Both the position numbers and the translations under genes were made by a program. Of a DNA stretch of 57,213 bases, positions 44,826-54,269 are shown in pieces (position 1 is the first letter of the stretch; every line of letters starts with the position of its first letter). The notes under the pieces are model-generated. The model had not been told where the DNA came from, ran no database searches, and saw only the letters and a program-made list of their open reading frames with translations. The DNA is from a virus. Lineage: Duplodnaviria; Caudoviricetes. The DNA is taken from positions 1 through 57,213 of the IMG/VR virus record IMGVR_UViG_3300036828_000780; one strand, 5' to 3'.

Positions 44826-45599
44826 ATGGCACTCGACGACATCCTCGGCGGCCTCAACCCCTACGCCGGGCAGCAGCTCGCGGCGGCGCTGGCGGCCGGG
44901 GTCGGCGCCGACCCGTCGCGGCTGGGCACCTCGGATCTCTATAATCCGATGGGCCAGGTGTTCGGGCAGATCAACGCCGGCATTGCGCGTAATCAGGCGG
45001 CCGGTCTGGCACAGCAGCTCGCCGGCGAGCGCATGACCGCGCTTCCCGATCTGGCGTCCGCCTACAGCGCCGACGATCCGTTCAAATGGGCCGCGGCCAA
45101 CCCCAACGCCTCGCCGTTGGCGCGCGCGATGATCCTCGGCGGCAGCCCGGGCGAGGTCGCCAAGGCCAAGGAGGCCGGCGCCGCGGCGGCGCTCGCCAAC
45201 CTCAATGTGCGCGGCTTTCCGCAGCCCGGCACGCCGTTGTCGACCGGAGGCCTCGGCGCCGGGGCGGTCGCGCCGATCGGCGCGCCGGCCAATCGCCGGG
45301 TTGCGGTGCAGCAGCCGGGGGCGGGCCCGGCGCCATTGCGCGACCCCGGCGGCGGTGCGGTCAACCCCTACTATCCCGGCGGCGGGGCTAGTGGTGCCGC
45401 GGGCGGGGCTGGCGCCGATGCCGGCGCCGGGGCTGGTCTCGACGCGATGAGCGGGGCGCAGCTGCAGCAATACGCCAAGGGGCAGCTTACCCCGGCGCAG
45501 CGCTACCAGCTCGCCCGCGCGTATATGCGCCGCCAGGCGGCCGGCGGGCCGGGGATCCCCGGAGCGGCTGCGGCCACCGCGGCGCCGGGGGCATCCTAG
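44826..45599 (+). CDS. Putative ejection protein
   Basis: Ala/Gly-rich; position in ejection cluster. Confidence 0.6.
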   Translation: MALDDILGGLNPYAGQQLAAALAAGVGADPSRLGTSDLYNPMGQVFGQINAGIARNQAAGLAQQLAGERMTALPDLASAYSADDPFKWAAANPNASPLARAMILGGSPGEVAKAKEAGAAAALANLNVRGFPQPGTPLSTGGLGAGAVAPIGAPANRRVAVQQPGAGPAPLRDPGGGAVNPYYPGGGASGAAGGAGADAGAGAGLDAMSGAQLQQYAKGQLTPAQRYQLARAYMRRQAAGGPGIPGAAAATAAPGAS

Positions 45600-47534
45600 A
45601 TGGCAGATCCGTTCAATTTCGACGCGGCGGCCGAGGCGGCCGGCCGCGAATTCAACGTCAACCCGATGCTGATCAAATCGATCGGCATGCAGGAATCGGG
45701 GCTCAACCCGGATGCGCCGACCGGCGCCGCGGGCGAGCTCGGCATGATGCAGATCAAGCCGTCGACGGCGGCCGATCTCGGCGTCGACCCGCGCGACCCG
45801 GCCGATGCGGTGCGCGGCACCGCCAAGTATCTGGCGCAAGGCCTAGCGCAGGCCGAGCAGATGCGCGCGCAGGGTGTCGACGTCGATCCGGCGACGCATG
45901 CGGTCATGTATTACAACGGCGGCCCCAGGGGCTGGCATAACGCCGACGCCTATGCGCAATCGGTCGGCGGGCATTACCAGCAGCTCGCCGGCGGGCCGGC
46001 GGCGCCGCCCGCGGTGGACCCGGGGCTGGCGCAATTGGCGGCCGCCGGAGGTGGTTCCGCACCCGGGGCCGGGGGGCCGGGCGCGTTCTTGATCCCCGGC
46101 ACCGATACGCCGGTCGCGGCGCCGCCGGGGCGGCCGCTCGGCGCGACGATGGCGATGATGCCGCCGGATCTCGCGGCGCTGCAGCGCTCCGGCGGGTCTG
46201 CCGCGCCGGGCGGCGCGGTGCCGCCAAGCGGCGCCGGCGGCAACGAGCCGCCGATCGACGTCGACGGCATCGTCGAGGGGTTGGCCAGCGGCCGCCTTAC
46301 CATGCCGCCTTTGCCCGCCGGACCCGGCGCGGCGCCGGCTGCTCGAGGAGCTCCGGCCGGGCCGGCGGCGCCCCCGGGGCCATCAGCGGGGCCGCAGGCG
46401 GCGATCGATGTTCCCGGCCTGGTGCAGACTTTTAACCAATATTCGCGGTTCCCGGCCGGGATCCCGGTCGCTACCCAGGCCCTTGGCATGCTGCAGAAGA
46501 TGGCGCCCGAGGGGTTCCAGGTGAACACGGACGGCTCGCTGTCGCCGCGCGCCGGCTTTGCCCAAGGCGAGGCCGCCGTGGCCGGCGCCAAATCGGCCGC
46601 CGAGGAGGAGCAAAAGCGGATCACCGCCGCGGTCGCGCCGCAGCGGGTGCGCGCCGGCGAGGGAGTGGTCTATCCGCCGGGCTCGCCGATGGCAGGAGCG
46701 GCGCCGCCGGGCGGGGCTCCCGGCGGCGCGCCCGCGACCGCGGGGCCTCCCGGAGCTCCCGGAGCCGGCGGCGAGGCCGCGGGGGTATTGACGCCGACGC
46801 CGGGCGGCGGGGCGATGATCGCCGGCACCGCGCCGCCGCAGGCCACCGAAACCTTCTATAAGCGGTTTGACGATCTGGCCAAAGAGGCCGATGCGGCGCG
46901 CACCGGGCAATACCAGGCCAATCTGCTAAGGGCGCAATTGCACCAGCTGCCGGCCACCGGGCCGGCGACCGAATTTCTCGGCCATATGTCGGCATGGGCG
47001 CAGCAAATGGGTGTCCCGCCCGACAAATTGCCCAAATCTCTGCCCGCGGCCGGCGACGTCGAGACCGCTAACAAGCTGTCGACCGATCTGTTGGGCGAGG
47101 TCCTGCGGGCGCAGTTTCCCGGCCGCATCACGAACAGCGACATTCAGACGATGGCGCCGACGATCGCGCGGGCGACGACGCCGATGGCGGCCAATGATTT
47201 CCTGATCGACCGGGTCCTCGGCCCGAAATTTCAGCGCGATATCGACCGCTATGGTCACGTCGCCGGGTTGCCGAAAGCCGACCCGACATTATCGAGTCTG
47301 TCGGATCGTCTCTACCAATGGGACCAGGACCCGGCGAATTCCTATGGGGCCTATGCCAAGCGCGCCCAGGACGCCGCCGCGGCGGCCGTGCCGCCGTCGG
47401 GGCCGGCGCCACCGATCGCTGCGCCCTCCGTCAGTCCGCCACTTTCGGCGCCGCCGGGAGGTGGCGCCGCGGGTCCGCGCCGCAGCCGTTTCGACCCGGC
47501 GACCGGGACGATCGTCCCGGTCGGCCCTCGCTGA
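45600..47534 (+). CDS. Internal virion protein with lytic transglycosylase (SLT) domain
   Basis: QESGLNP, GELGMMQI.P.TA, YYNGGP. Confidence 0.85.
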   Translation: MADPFNFDAAAEAAGREFNVNPMLIKSIGMQESGLNPDAPTGAAGELGMMQIKPSTAADLGVDPRDPADAVRGTAKYLAQGLAQAEQMRAQGVDVDPATHAVMYYNGGPRGWHNADAYAQSVGGHYQQLAGGPAAPPAVDPGLAQLAAAGGGSAPGAGGPGAFLIPGTDTPVAAPPGRPLGATMAMMPPDLAALQRSGGSAAPGGAVPPSGAGGNEPPIDVDGIVEGLASGRLTMPPLPAGPGAAPAARGAPAGPAAPPGPSAGPQAAIDVPGLVQTFNQYSRFPAGIPVATQALGMLQKMAPEGFQVNTDGSLSPRAGFAQGEAAVAGAKSAAEEEQKRITAAVAPQRVRAGEGVVYPPGSPMAGAAPPGGAPGGAPATAGPPGAPGAGGEAAGVLTPTPGGGAMIAGTAPPQATETFYKRFDDLAKEADAARTGQYQANLLRAQLHQLPATGPATEFLGHMSAWAQQMGVPPDKLPKSLPAAGDVETANKLSTDLLGEVLRAQFPGRITNSDIQTMAPTIARATTPMAANDFLIDRVLGPKFQRDIDRYGHVAGLPKADPTLSSLSDRLYQWDQDPANSYGAYAKRAQDAAAAAVPPSGPAPPIAAPSVSPPLSAPPGGGAAGPRRSRFDPATGTIVPVGPR

Positions 47535-47543
47535 GCCGCCCCG

Positions 47544-49634
47544 ATGGCGCACGAAGTGACCTTGCCGAGCGGCGAAGTCGTCGAGTTCCCGGACGAGATG
47601 CCGGACGACGCAATCGCTCAGGCGCTCAAGGGCTATTCGACCGCCCCGGCCGGCGCTGCCGCGGCGGCTCAACCTCAACCCGCACCTGATCCCAACATCC
47701 CCGGTTATCTGCCGCCCGGCGGCGCGGCCCCGGGGGCGGTCATTCCGCCGCCGGAATTGCCCGGCGGCCGGCTGGGGCCGGTTGGCGGATCGGCGGCGAT
47801 CAAGGGGCTCGCCGAGGGGGTTGGGTTGCCGGGTGATCTCGCGGCGCTGGCGCTGCCGGCGCCGATTGCCGAGCGGTTGCCGACCAGCACCGCGATCGAG
47901 GCGCCATTGCGCCGCTGGGGCCTCATCGACACGCCGGCCTCGCAACCACGCGACTTTGGCGAGCGCATCCTCGCCGGTGCCGGCGAGAGCATCGGCTCGG
48001 CGCTGCCTTATGCGTTGGCCGGCCCGGCCGGAGAGCTCGCGGCTGGCGCCGGCGGCGCGCGCGCGGCCGGCAGTCTCGCCAAGACTTTGGCGCAGACGGC
48101 GACGGAGGCTGGCGGGGCCGGCGCTGGGAGCGCGGTCGGGCAGGAATATTGGCCCGGCGCCGGCGGCCCGGTCGGCGCCTTAGCGGGGCTGATCGCCGGT
48201 GGCGGCGTGCGCGGCGTTTTGGGGCGCGGGGTCAGCGCGGCGGCCGGCGCCGAGGCGGCCGTGCCGGCGGCGATGGGGCGCCTCGGGATGACCCCGCGGT
48301 TGGCCGGCGACGTTACCGGCAGCGACATCCTCAAGGGGGTGCAGTCGACCGCGCTGCGCGCGCCGGGCGGCGGTCTGGCGCAGGAGGCCTTACAGAAGAC
48401 GTTGACCGAGTTTGGCAACGCCGCCGACAGCGCCGCCGGGCGCATGGGGGCGCCAGTCTCGCTCGAAGACGCCGGGACGGCGCTGCAGGACCGCGCTCGG
48501 CAATGGTATGGGCAATGGAAGGGCGACCAGGCGGCGGCGTGGAACGCGCTCGATCAGAAGGTGCCGGACACGACGCCGGTGTCGATGACCGGCGTCAATC
48601 AGACCTTGGGCCGCCTCGGCGGCCGCGGCGGTGGCGCGACGCCGCAGATCTCGGCGATCATGGGCGACCCGGTGGCGCAGAACCTGCAGACCGCGCTGAG
48701 CGCCGATCTGCCGTCGACCGTGCCGGGGTTTGACAATCTGCCGTGGCAGAGCGTCAAGAACTGGCGCAGCCAGGTCGGCGAGCGGCTTGAGCAGTCGCTG
48801 CTCGCCAACAGCGCCGATCAGACCGACTGGCGGGCGCTTTATGGCGGGTTGTCCGATGCGATGAAGGGTGCGGCGCAGAACCAGGGCGCCGCGGACGAAT
48901 TCGCCAACGCCGCGGGCGTAACCGCAAGGGGGCACCTGTTCCACGACAATGTCGTCAGCGGGGTCATCGATCATCCCGACCCCGCGCGGAACACGATCCC
49001 GGCGGCCGGGGCGGCCAATTTTGCGTTGAGCGGCAGCAACATCGGCGGTGCTCAGGGCGGCCAGCGGCTGCAGGCGATCCGCGACACGATGGGCGATGCG
49101 GCGGCCGACGAGCTCGCCGCCTTCAAATTGCGCAGCATGGCTTCGGCCAAGCCGTTCGGCCAATCGGCGGCCGGCGACGCGGCGTCGCCGACCAGCTTTC
49201 TGACCGCCTGGAACACGCTGTCGCCGGGCGCCAAGGACGCGCTCTACGGCGACCCGGCGCGGCGGGGCGAGATCAATGATCTGCTGACGGTTGCGGGGTC
49301 GATGAAAGATACCGCGACGCGGTTCGGCAACCCGTCGGGGACCGCCGGTGCCGGATTGCACGCCGGGACCTTGGCGTCGATCCTGGCAGCGCCGGAAGCG
49401 ATCGGGGCCGGCTATTACGCTGGCGGGATACCGGGTGCGGCGGCGGGTGCGGCGACGGCCTCGATCCCGATGCTGATCGGGCCGACGGCCGCCAATCTGA
49501 CGGCGCGACCGGCGCTGACGCGGGCGCTGGCGCAGCCGAGCCTGGCTCCCAGCGTCATTCCGCGCTGGCTGACCAGGCTTGGGGCGGCCGCGCCGCAGCT
49601 CAGCAATGTGCTGGCTGGCGAAACGCCGCGCTAA
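47544..49634 (+). CDS. Internal virion / ejection protein
   Basis: VTLPSGEVVEFPDEM.DD.I; NPSGTA. Confidence 0.75.
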   Translation: MAHEVTLPSGEVVEFPDEMPDDAIAQALKGYSTAPAGAAAAAQPQPAPDPNIPGYLPPGGAAPGAVIPPPELPGGRLGPVGGSAAIKGLAEGVGLPGDLAALALPAPIAERLPTSTAIEAPLRRWGLIDTPASQPRDFGERILAGAGESIGSALPYALAGPAGELAAGAGGARAAGSLAKTLAQTATEAGGAGAGSAVGQEYWPGAGGPVGALAGLIAGGGVRGVLGRGVSAAAGAEAAVPAAMGRLGMTPRLAGDVTGSDILKGVQSTALRAPGGGLAQEALQKTLTEFGNAADSAAGRMGAPVSLEDAGTALQDRARQWYGQWKGDQAAAWNALDQKVPDTTPVSMTGVNQTLGRLGGRGGGATPQISAIMGDPVAQNLQTALSADLPSTVPGFDNLPWQSVKNWRSQVGERLEQSLLANSADQTDWRALYGGLSDAMKGAAQNQGAADEFANAAGVTARGHLFHDNVVSGVIDHPDPARNTIPAAGAANFALSGSNIGGAQGGQRLQAIRDTMGDAAADELAAFKLRSMASAKPFGQSAAGDAASPTSFLTAWNTLSPGAKDALYGDPARRGEINDLLTVAGSMKDTATRFGNPSGTAGAGLHAGTLASILAAPEAIGAGYYAGGIPGAAAGAATASIPMLIGPTAANLTARPALTRALAQPSLAPSVIPRWLTRLGAAAPQLSNVLAGETPR

Positions 49635-49726
49635 CCGAAATTACTCAGGGTTTTACTTAGAATAGTGAACGAGACAGACCAGCGTCATGAAGAGCGGCAG
49701 CATCACGCAAAACACAAAGAACATTT

Positions 49727-50158
49727 TCAGCTCCCTTTGCACCAGTTCGGATATTGAGCCTGCGCCTGGGTGGTCGCCGGGCCGTGACTGCCGTCGAAGG
49801 GATTTACCCATGCGCCGCAGAATTTCACTTCGTTGCCGGCGATGTAGGCGGCGCGACCGAGCCAGTCGCGCGGGCGATAGCAGTAGGGAATCGTGGCGTC
49901 GCTCGACGACAGCAGGGAGACGGTGCAGCGGTCGTCTGCCACGGACCATTCATAGCCGCCGGCCTCCATGCATGTCCTTAAAAACGCGCCGCGCCGGCCA
50001 TCCCATGTCGTGTTGAATCCGTTCCGGGTGTCGCTGGCGGTGATCGGGTAAGTGCGCTCCGCGTCTAGCTGGCAGGCGAGCAGCTTTTGTTTCTGATCGT
50101 CAAAGCAGCCTGCGAGTCCTACGGTCAGCGCGACGGCGGCGAAGAAGGCGGTTTTCAT
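49727..50158 (-). CDS. Lipoprotein moron
   Basis: MKTAFFAAVALTVGLAGC lipobox; several Cys. Confidence 0.75.
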   Translation of the reverse strand: MKTAFFAAVALTVGLAGCFDDQKQKLLACQLDAERTYPITASDTRNGFNTTWDGRRGAFLRTCMEAGGYEWSVADDRCTVSLLSSSDATIPYCYRPRDWLGRAAYIAGNEVKFCGAWVNPFDGSHGPATTQAQAQYPNWCKGS

Positions 50159-50369
50159 CGGTTTCCCTTTGGGGTTGCGGGTTGTGGTAGGGTGCGCGGC
50201 ACCGCCGATCCGGCCTCTTCCGTTGGCGTCGCGGTCGGGCTCAAACCGACGCGGGCGACGACGCGAAGGGGACCGAGCCTGGCTCCCCGGTCGCTCGGGG
50301 AGGCCGTCCTGGCTCGCTCCGGAGGGTCCTCGGATCATCGGGACCGGATCGGCGGTGCCGCGCCTCGGC

Positions 50370-50576
50370 CTAGTGCTTGGCCGAATTGGGGATGCGGATC
50401 GATACCTCGACCTCATCCCACGTCGAGTCGGCCAGCCGTAGGAAATCCGCCTTGGCGTGGCCGCTCGCCTTTAGAACCGTGATCAAGTCGACCAGCATGC
50501 CCTCGACGTCGACGGTGACGCCGCCGTCGGGGGTCGCCGTCGTGTAGGCGTTGAGCCGTTCCATGCCTTTTGCCAT
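50370..50576 (-). CDS. Hypothetical protein
   Basis: TGATG-coupled small ORF with GGAGG RBS. Confidence 0.55.
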   Translation of the reverse strand: MAKGMERLNAYTTATPDGGVTVDVEGMLVDLITVLKASGHAKADFLRLADSTWDEVEVSIRIPNSAKH

Positions 50577-51229
50577 CACGCCGCCTCCGTCGCGCGGTGT
50601 GCGGTCAAAAGGCGGTCGCGATACTGGCGGACCATCTTGGCGTAGGTATTGACGCCGTTGCACTGGTAGTCCGCGACGCCGTTCCAATCGCCCGCCGCGG
50701 CCAGCTCGGCCAGCCGGTCGAAACGCTTCTGATAATGCGCGTTGGCGTGGCTGGTGACGTCTGGCTTGGCCGGCGCCTCGCCGCGGGCGGCCGCCTCATC
50801 GGCTTCGCGCGCCTTGCCGCGGCGCGGCTCGCTGGCCGGGGTCGGCCGGGTGGCGCGCCGGCGCGGCGCGGTGAGGCCGACCGCCTCGGCGACCTGGTCT
50901 AAGGTCAGGCTGCCCGCGGCGATCAATTGCTGCAGCCGGGTTATCACGGCCGCCAGCTCGACGTCGGCGGCCGGCGCTGGCAGGCCGGCGAAGTGAGTTC
51001 CGATCGTGCCGGGGAACCAGGTGGCCGGGCTGGCCGGCGCCTCGGCCTCGGCCGGGGCGGGCTCGACCGGCGCTTCGACCGGCGCGGCCTCGGTGTGCCA
51101 GGCGATCGCGAAGCGGCCGCCGTCGGCGGGCTCGATTGTATAGGCGGCGGCCGGGGCGTTGCCGCTGGCGAGCCGTTTCTCGGCCGCCCGGCGGGCGTTG
51201 TGGCGTAGCGAAAAAGCGAATTCGGTCAT
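50576..51229 (-). CDS. Hypothetical protein
   Basis: GGAG RBS; YQKRFD.L..LAAAGDW...NTYAKM. Confidence 0.65.
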   Translation of the reverse strand: MTEFAFSLRHNARRAAEKRLASGNAPAAAYTIEPADGGRFAIAWHTEAAPVEAPVEPAPAEAEAPASPATWFPGTIGTHFAGLPAPAADVELAAVITRLQQLIAAGSLTLDQVAEAVGLTAPRRRATRPTPASEPRRGKAREADEAAARGEAPAKPDVTSHANAHYQKRFDRLAELAAAGDWNGVADYQCNGVNTYAKMVRQYRDRLLTAHRATEAA

Positions 51230-51299
51230 TGGGTTATCTCCGGTTGGTACGACGGACAACATGGTCCGCGACCGGCGACAACCAAGGCGTCAATTGACG

Positions 51300-51599
51300 T
51301 CAATCCGGGGGTGCGACGATCGATCCAGCGCGGTTCTCATCGGTCCGACGGGGCGGGGTCATCGAAGACGGTGAGCCGCCGATCCGTTCGGCGACGTGCA
51401 GGAGCAGCGCCAGCATGTGGGTCATGCGTGCTTCCTGCACGGCGAACCGGGCCTCCAGCGCGGTGAACCGGGCCTCGATTGCGCCGATACGGGTTTCGAG
51501 CCCGCCAAGCCGCAATTCCATTGCCGTGAAAAGTTGCTGCAAATCGCGCACTACGGCGGTCAATGCGAGCACCCGCGTCCCGAGCGTTTCGAGGGTCAT
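51300..51599 (-). CDS. Coiled-coil hypothetical protein
   Basis: Heptad repeats LETRIGAIEARFTALEARF. Confidence 0.55.
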   Translation of the reverse strand: MTLETLGTRVLALTAVVRDLQQLFTAMELRLGGLETRIGAIEARFTALEARFAVQEARMTHMLALLLHVAERIGGSPSSMTPPRRTDENRAGSIVAPPD

Positions 51600-51814
51600 C
51601 CGAGCGCCCCGACTTTGGCGGCTACTCGCAGCAGTAGCCACAGGCTGGGCGCGCCGAAGATCGTCAGGAGCGCATAGACGCCGCCGAGCATCCATTTCAC
51701 CAGTCGCAGATCGGTGTCATGGACCGCGAGTTCTTCCGCGGCGGCTTGTGCCTCCGCGTCCGAGACCCCGGCGGCTTTCAGCGCCGCATAGGTCTTGCCC
51801 ATCATTATCGCCAT
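51596..51814 (-). CDS. Small coiled-coil/TM protein
   Basis: YAALKAAGVSD.EA.AAAEELA...LVKWMLG. Confidence 0.6.
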   Translation of the reverse strand: MAIMMGKTYAALKAAGVSDAEAQAAAEELAVHDTDLRLVKWMLGGVYALLTIFGAPSLWLLLRVAAKVGALG

Positions 51815-51830
51815 CCCGTTTGGTCCTCGC

Positions 51831-52076
51831 TCATTTGGCGCCCCGCCTCCCGGCCGCCTTGAGGCGATCGAGTACACGCTCGGCAGTGACGGCCTTGAGG
51901 CCTAGATCGAGCAGGTAATTGATCGCCGCGGTTTTGGTCGGCTTGGGGCCTGGTGTCTCGTCGATCCAGGCGTCGATGCGCGCCGCCAGCTCGGGGGTGA
52001 TCCGGCTGGGGATGCGCGTGCTCGGCGCCGGCTGTTTGGTGATATGCGCGAGGCCGCGCCCGACGGGTTTCGCCAT
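51831..52076 (-). CDS. Ribbon-helix-helix-like regulator
   Basis: RITPELAARIDAWI...TKTAAINYLLDLGL. Confidence 0.6.
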   Translation of the reverse strand: MAKPVGRGLAHITKQPAPSTRIPSRITPELAARIDAWIDETPGPKPTKTAAINYLLDLGLKAVTAERVLDRLKAAGRRGAK

Positions 52077-52155
52077 AAGGGACTAATCCTTATCCAGAGT
52101 TTTCTGGCGTCAATATAGGTCAACTGGCGCCGGCTTGCCAAGGGGGGTTTTGCCT

Positions 52156-53808
52156 ATGCCGTGGAACGGGTCGGGGGTGTTCACCCGCCTCTACAACTGG
52201 GTTGCCGACCGCGACAATGGCGTCGACATCATGGCCTCGCGCGTCGACGGCGACGCCGACGACATTGTGCAGGGCCTGATGAACTGCCTGACGCGCGACG
52301 GGCAGACCGTGCCGGTCGCTAATCTGCCGATGCGCGGCTATCGCTTCACCGGCGCCGGCGCCGGGGTCAACAGCGGCGATTTCGCGACGATCGGCCAGCT
52401 CGGCAACGGCAGTTTTGCGGCGAATTTCCAATCGCTCACGCTGGCCGGGACGTTGACCGTGTCGGGCGCGTCGACCCTCTCCGCGGTCACCGCCAGCAGC
52501 CTCACGGTCGGCGGGCAATTGACGACCACCGAGCTGACGGTCACCGACCGGGCGGCGATCTATCAGCTCGATTTCGGCAGGTCGCTGGCAACCCGCACCG
52601 GCTATATCGACGGCAACACCGGGAACATTGGGACGACCGGCGCGCTGATTGCCCAGGGCGTGATCCAAGGCAACGGCAGCCGGGTCATTGTCGAGGGCGG
52701 CTCCGCGCCGTCCTTTGCCATGTTCAACACGGCTGGCGGCGGCCCTTACGCGGTGTTCAACGCGGCCGGGTATCTGGGTTTCGGCCCGTGCGACGGGTCG
52801 GGCAACCCGACGGCGTTTTTCCAATGGATTGACGGGTCGGGCAATGTCAGCATGGGGTACAATCTAACCGTCAACGGCATCGGCACCTTTGCCGGAGCGC
52901 TGAACAGCGCGGATGCTATTGTGTCGCGCGGCGCCAATGCCGCGTTTGCGTTCGAGGATCGCGCCGCGCCCGGCCAGAATTGGTTGTTGTACGCTAACGC
53001 GGGGTTGGCCCGCCTGTGGTTCGGCGGCGACCGGCTCACCGTCAGTAGCGCCGGCGATCTGAGCGTGCGCGAGGACGTCACGGTCGGGCGCAATTTGCAG
53101 GTCCTCGGGTCGGCGGCCATCTCCGGTCCGCTGCACGTCGTCGGTTATGCGACGTTCGACAACGGCGCCAACATCTCGAATGTGTCGCTGAGCGGTCCGG
53201 TCTATGCCAGCGGCGATATCACCAGCGGCGGCGCGTTTCATGCGGCGGCCGGCTCTAATTCGACCTTTGCCACAATCACCGCCGGCACGATCAATTTCAA
53301 CGGGGGCTATGTCAACGGCGATCTTACCACCGCTGGCGCGCTGCACGCGTCGACCGGCACTTCGACCTTTGCCACACTCCACGCTAACGATGTCGAGGGC
53401 GACGTCGTGCGCGCCGGGTCGGGCGGCATGTATTGCGCCGGCGATATGGGGATCACCGGCAATCTGACGGTCGACGGCCTCATCAACGGCACGACGGTTT
53501 CCGACCGCCTGGTCAAGCGCAACATCGAGCGCTGGCGCCCGGGCCTCGCCGAGGTGCTGCGGCTGGAGCCGGTGCGCTTCGAATATAACGGCCGCGGCGG
53601 CACGACCGACGACGGGCGCGCCCGTTATGGGCTGGTCGCCAACGACGTCGTCGAGGTGTTGCCCGAGCTGGTCGGCGAAAAGCGCGTGCTGCTGCGACCC
53701 GGCGACGACCCCACCGTCATCAGGACGCTCGACCCGGCGCCGCTCGTCTATGTGCTGGTCAATGCCGTGCAGCAGCTCGCGGCGCGGCTCGACGGCCGGG
53801 GCCTCTAA
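52156..53808 (+). CDS. Tail fibre 1 with peptidase S74 chaperone
   Basis: Beta-repeats; SDRLVKRNI..GL..VL.L.PV.F. Confidence 0.85.
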   Translation: MPWNGSGVFTRLYNWVADRDNGVDIMASRVDGDADDIVQGLMNCLTRDGQTVPVANLPMRGYRFTGAGAGVNSGDFATIGQLGNGSFAANFQSLTLAGTLTVSGASTLSAVTASSLTVGGQLTTTELTVTDRAAIYQLDFGRSLATRTGYIDGNTGNIGTTGALIAQGVIQGNGSRVIVEGGSAPSFAMFNTAGGGPYAVFNAAGYLGFGPCDGSGNPTAFFQWIDGSGNVSMGYNLTVNGIGTFAGALNSADAIVSRGANAAFAFEDRAAPGQNWLLYANAGLARLWFGGDRLTVSSAGDLSVREDVTVGRNLQVLGSAAISGPLHVVGYATFDNGANISNVSLSGPVYASGDITSGGAFHAAAGSNSTFATITAGTINFNGGYVNGDLTTAGALHASTGTSTFATLHANDVEGDVVRAGSGGMYCAGDMGITGNLTVDGLINGTTVSDRLVKRNIERWRPGLAEVLRLEPVRFEYNGRGGTTDDGRARYGLVANDVVEVLPELVGEKRVLLRPGDDPTVIRTLDPAPLVYVLVNAVQQLAARLDGRGL

Positions 53809-53840
53809 AACCTTTTCTGTCAACCGAAAGGAGAAATGCT

Positions 53841-54257
53841 GTGGCACGCAGGCTGGAATTGCGCGCGGTCGAGTTGGCCGACGTCGGGGGCAACCCGCAG
53901 ATCCTCGATTACGGGGTCATGATGATGCTGATCTTGCGGCAAGCGCCGCGCGGCGGCCTGACGCTCGACGACATGGTGAAATCGGTCGACGCGCTAAAAC
54001 CGATCCGCGCCGCGGCCGAGGCTGGGGCCGATCATGTCGTGTTGCCCGACGAGCACTGGCGCACCCTAGTCGACAAGCTCGCGGCCTTCCCGTTTGCGGT
54101 GGCCGATCCGGTGCTGGTCGAGTTTGGCCTGATGATCCGCGACGCGCCGGAAATCGGCGCCGGCGCCGGCAATGGCCTCGCCGAGGCGGCGGTTCAGCAA
54201 AGTCTGGCGCCGCCGGGCGGTACGACCGGGGCGATCGCCGCCGGCGGGCGCGCCTAA
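53841..54257 (+). CDS. Hypothetical protein between tail fibres
   Basis: AAGGAG RBS. Confidence 0.6.
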   Translation: MARRLELRAVELADVGGNPQILDYGVMMMLILRQAPRGGLTLDDMVKSVDALKPIRAAAEAGADHVVLPDEHWRTLVDKLAAFPFAVADPVLVEFGLMIRDAPEIGAGAGNGLAEAAVQQSLAPPGGTTGAIAAGGRA

Positions 54258-54269
54258 AGGAGCCCGTCG

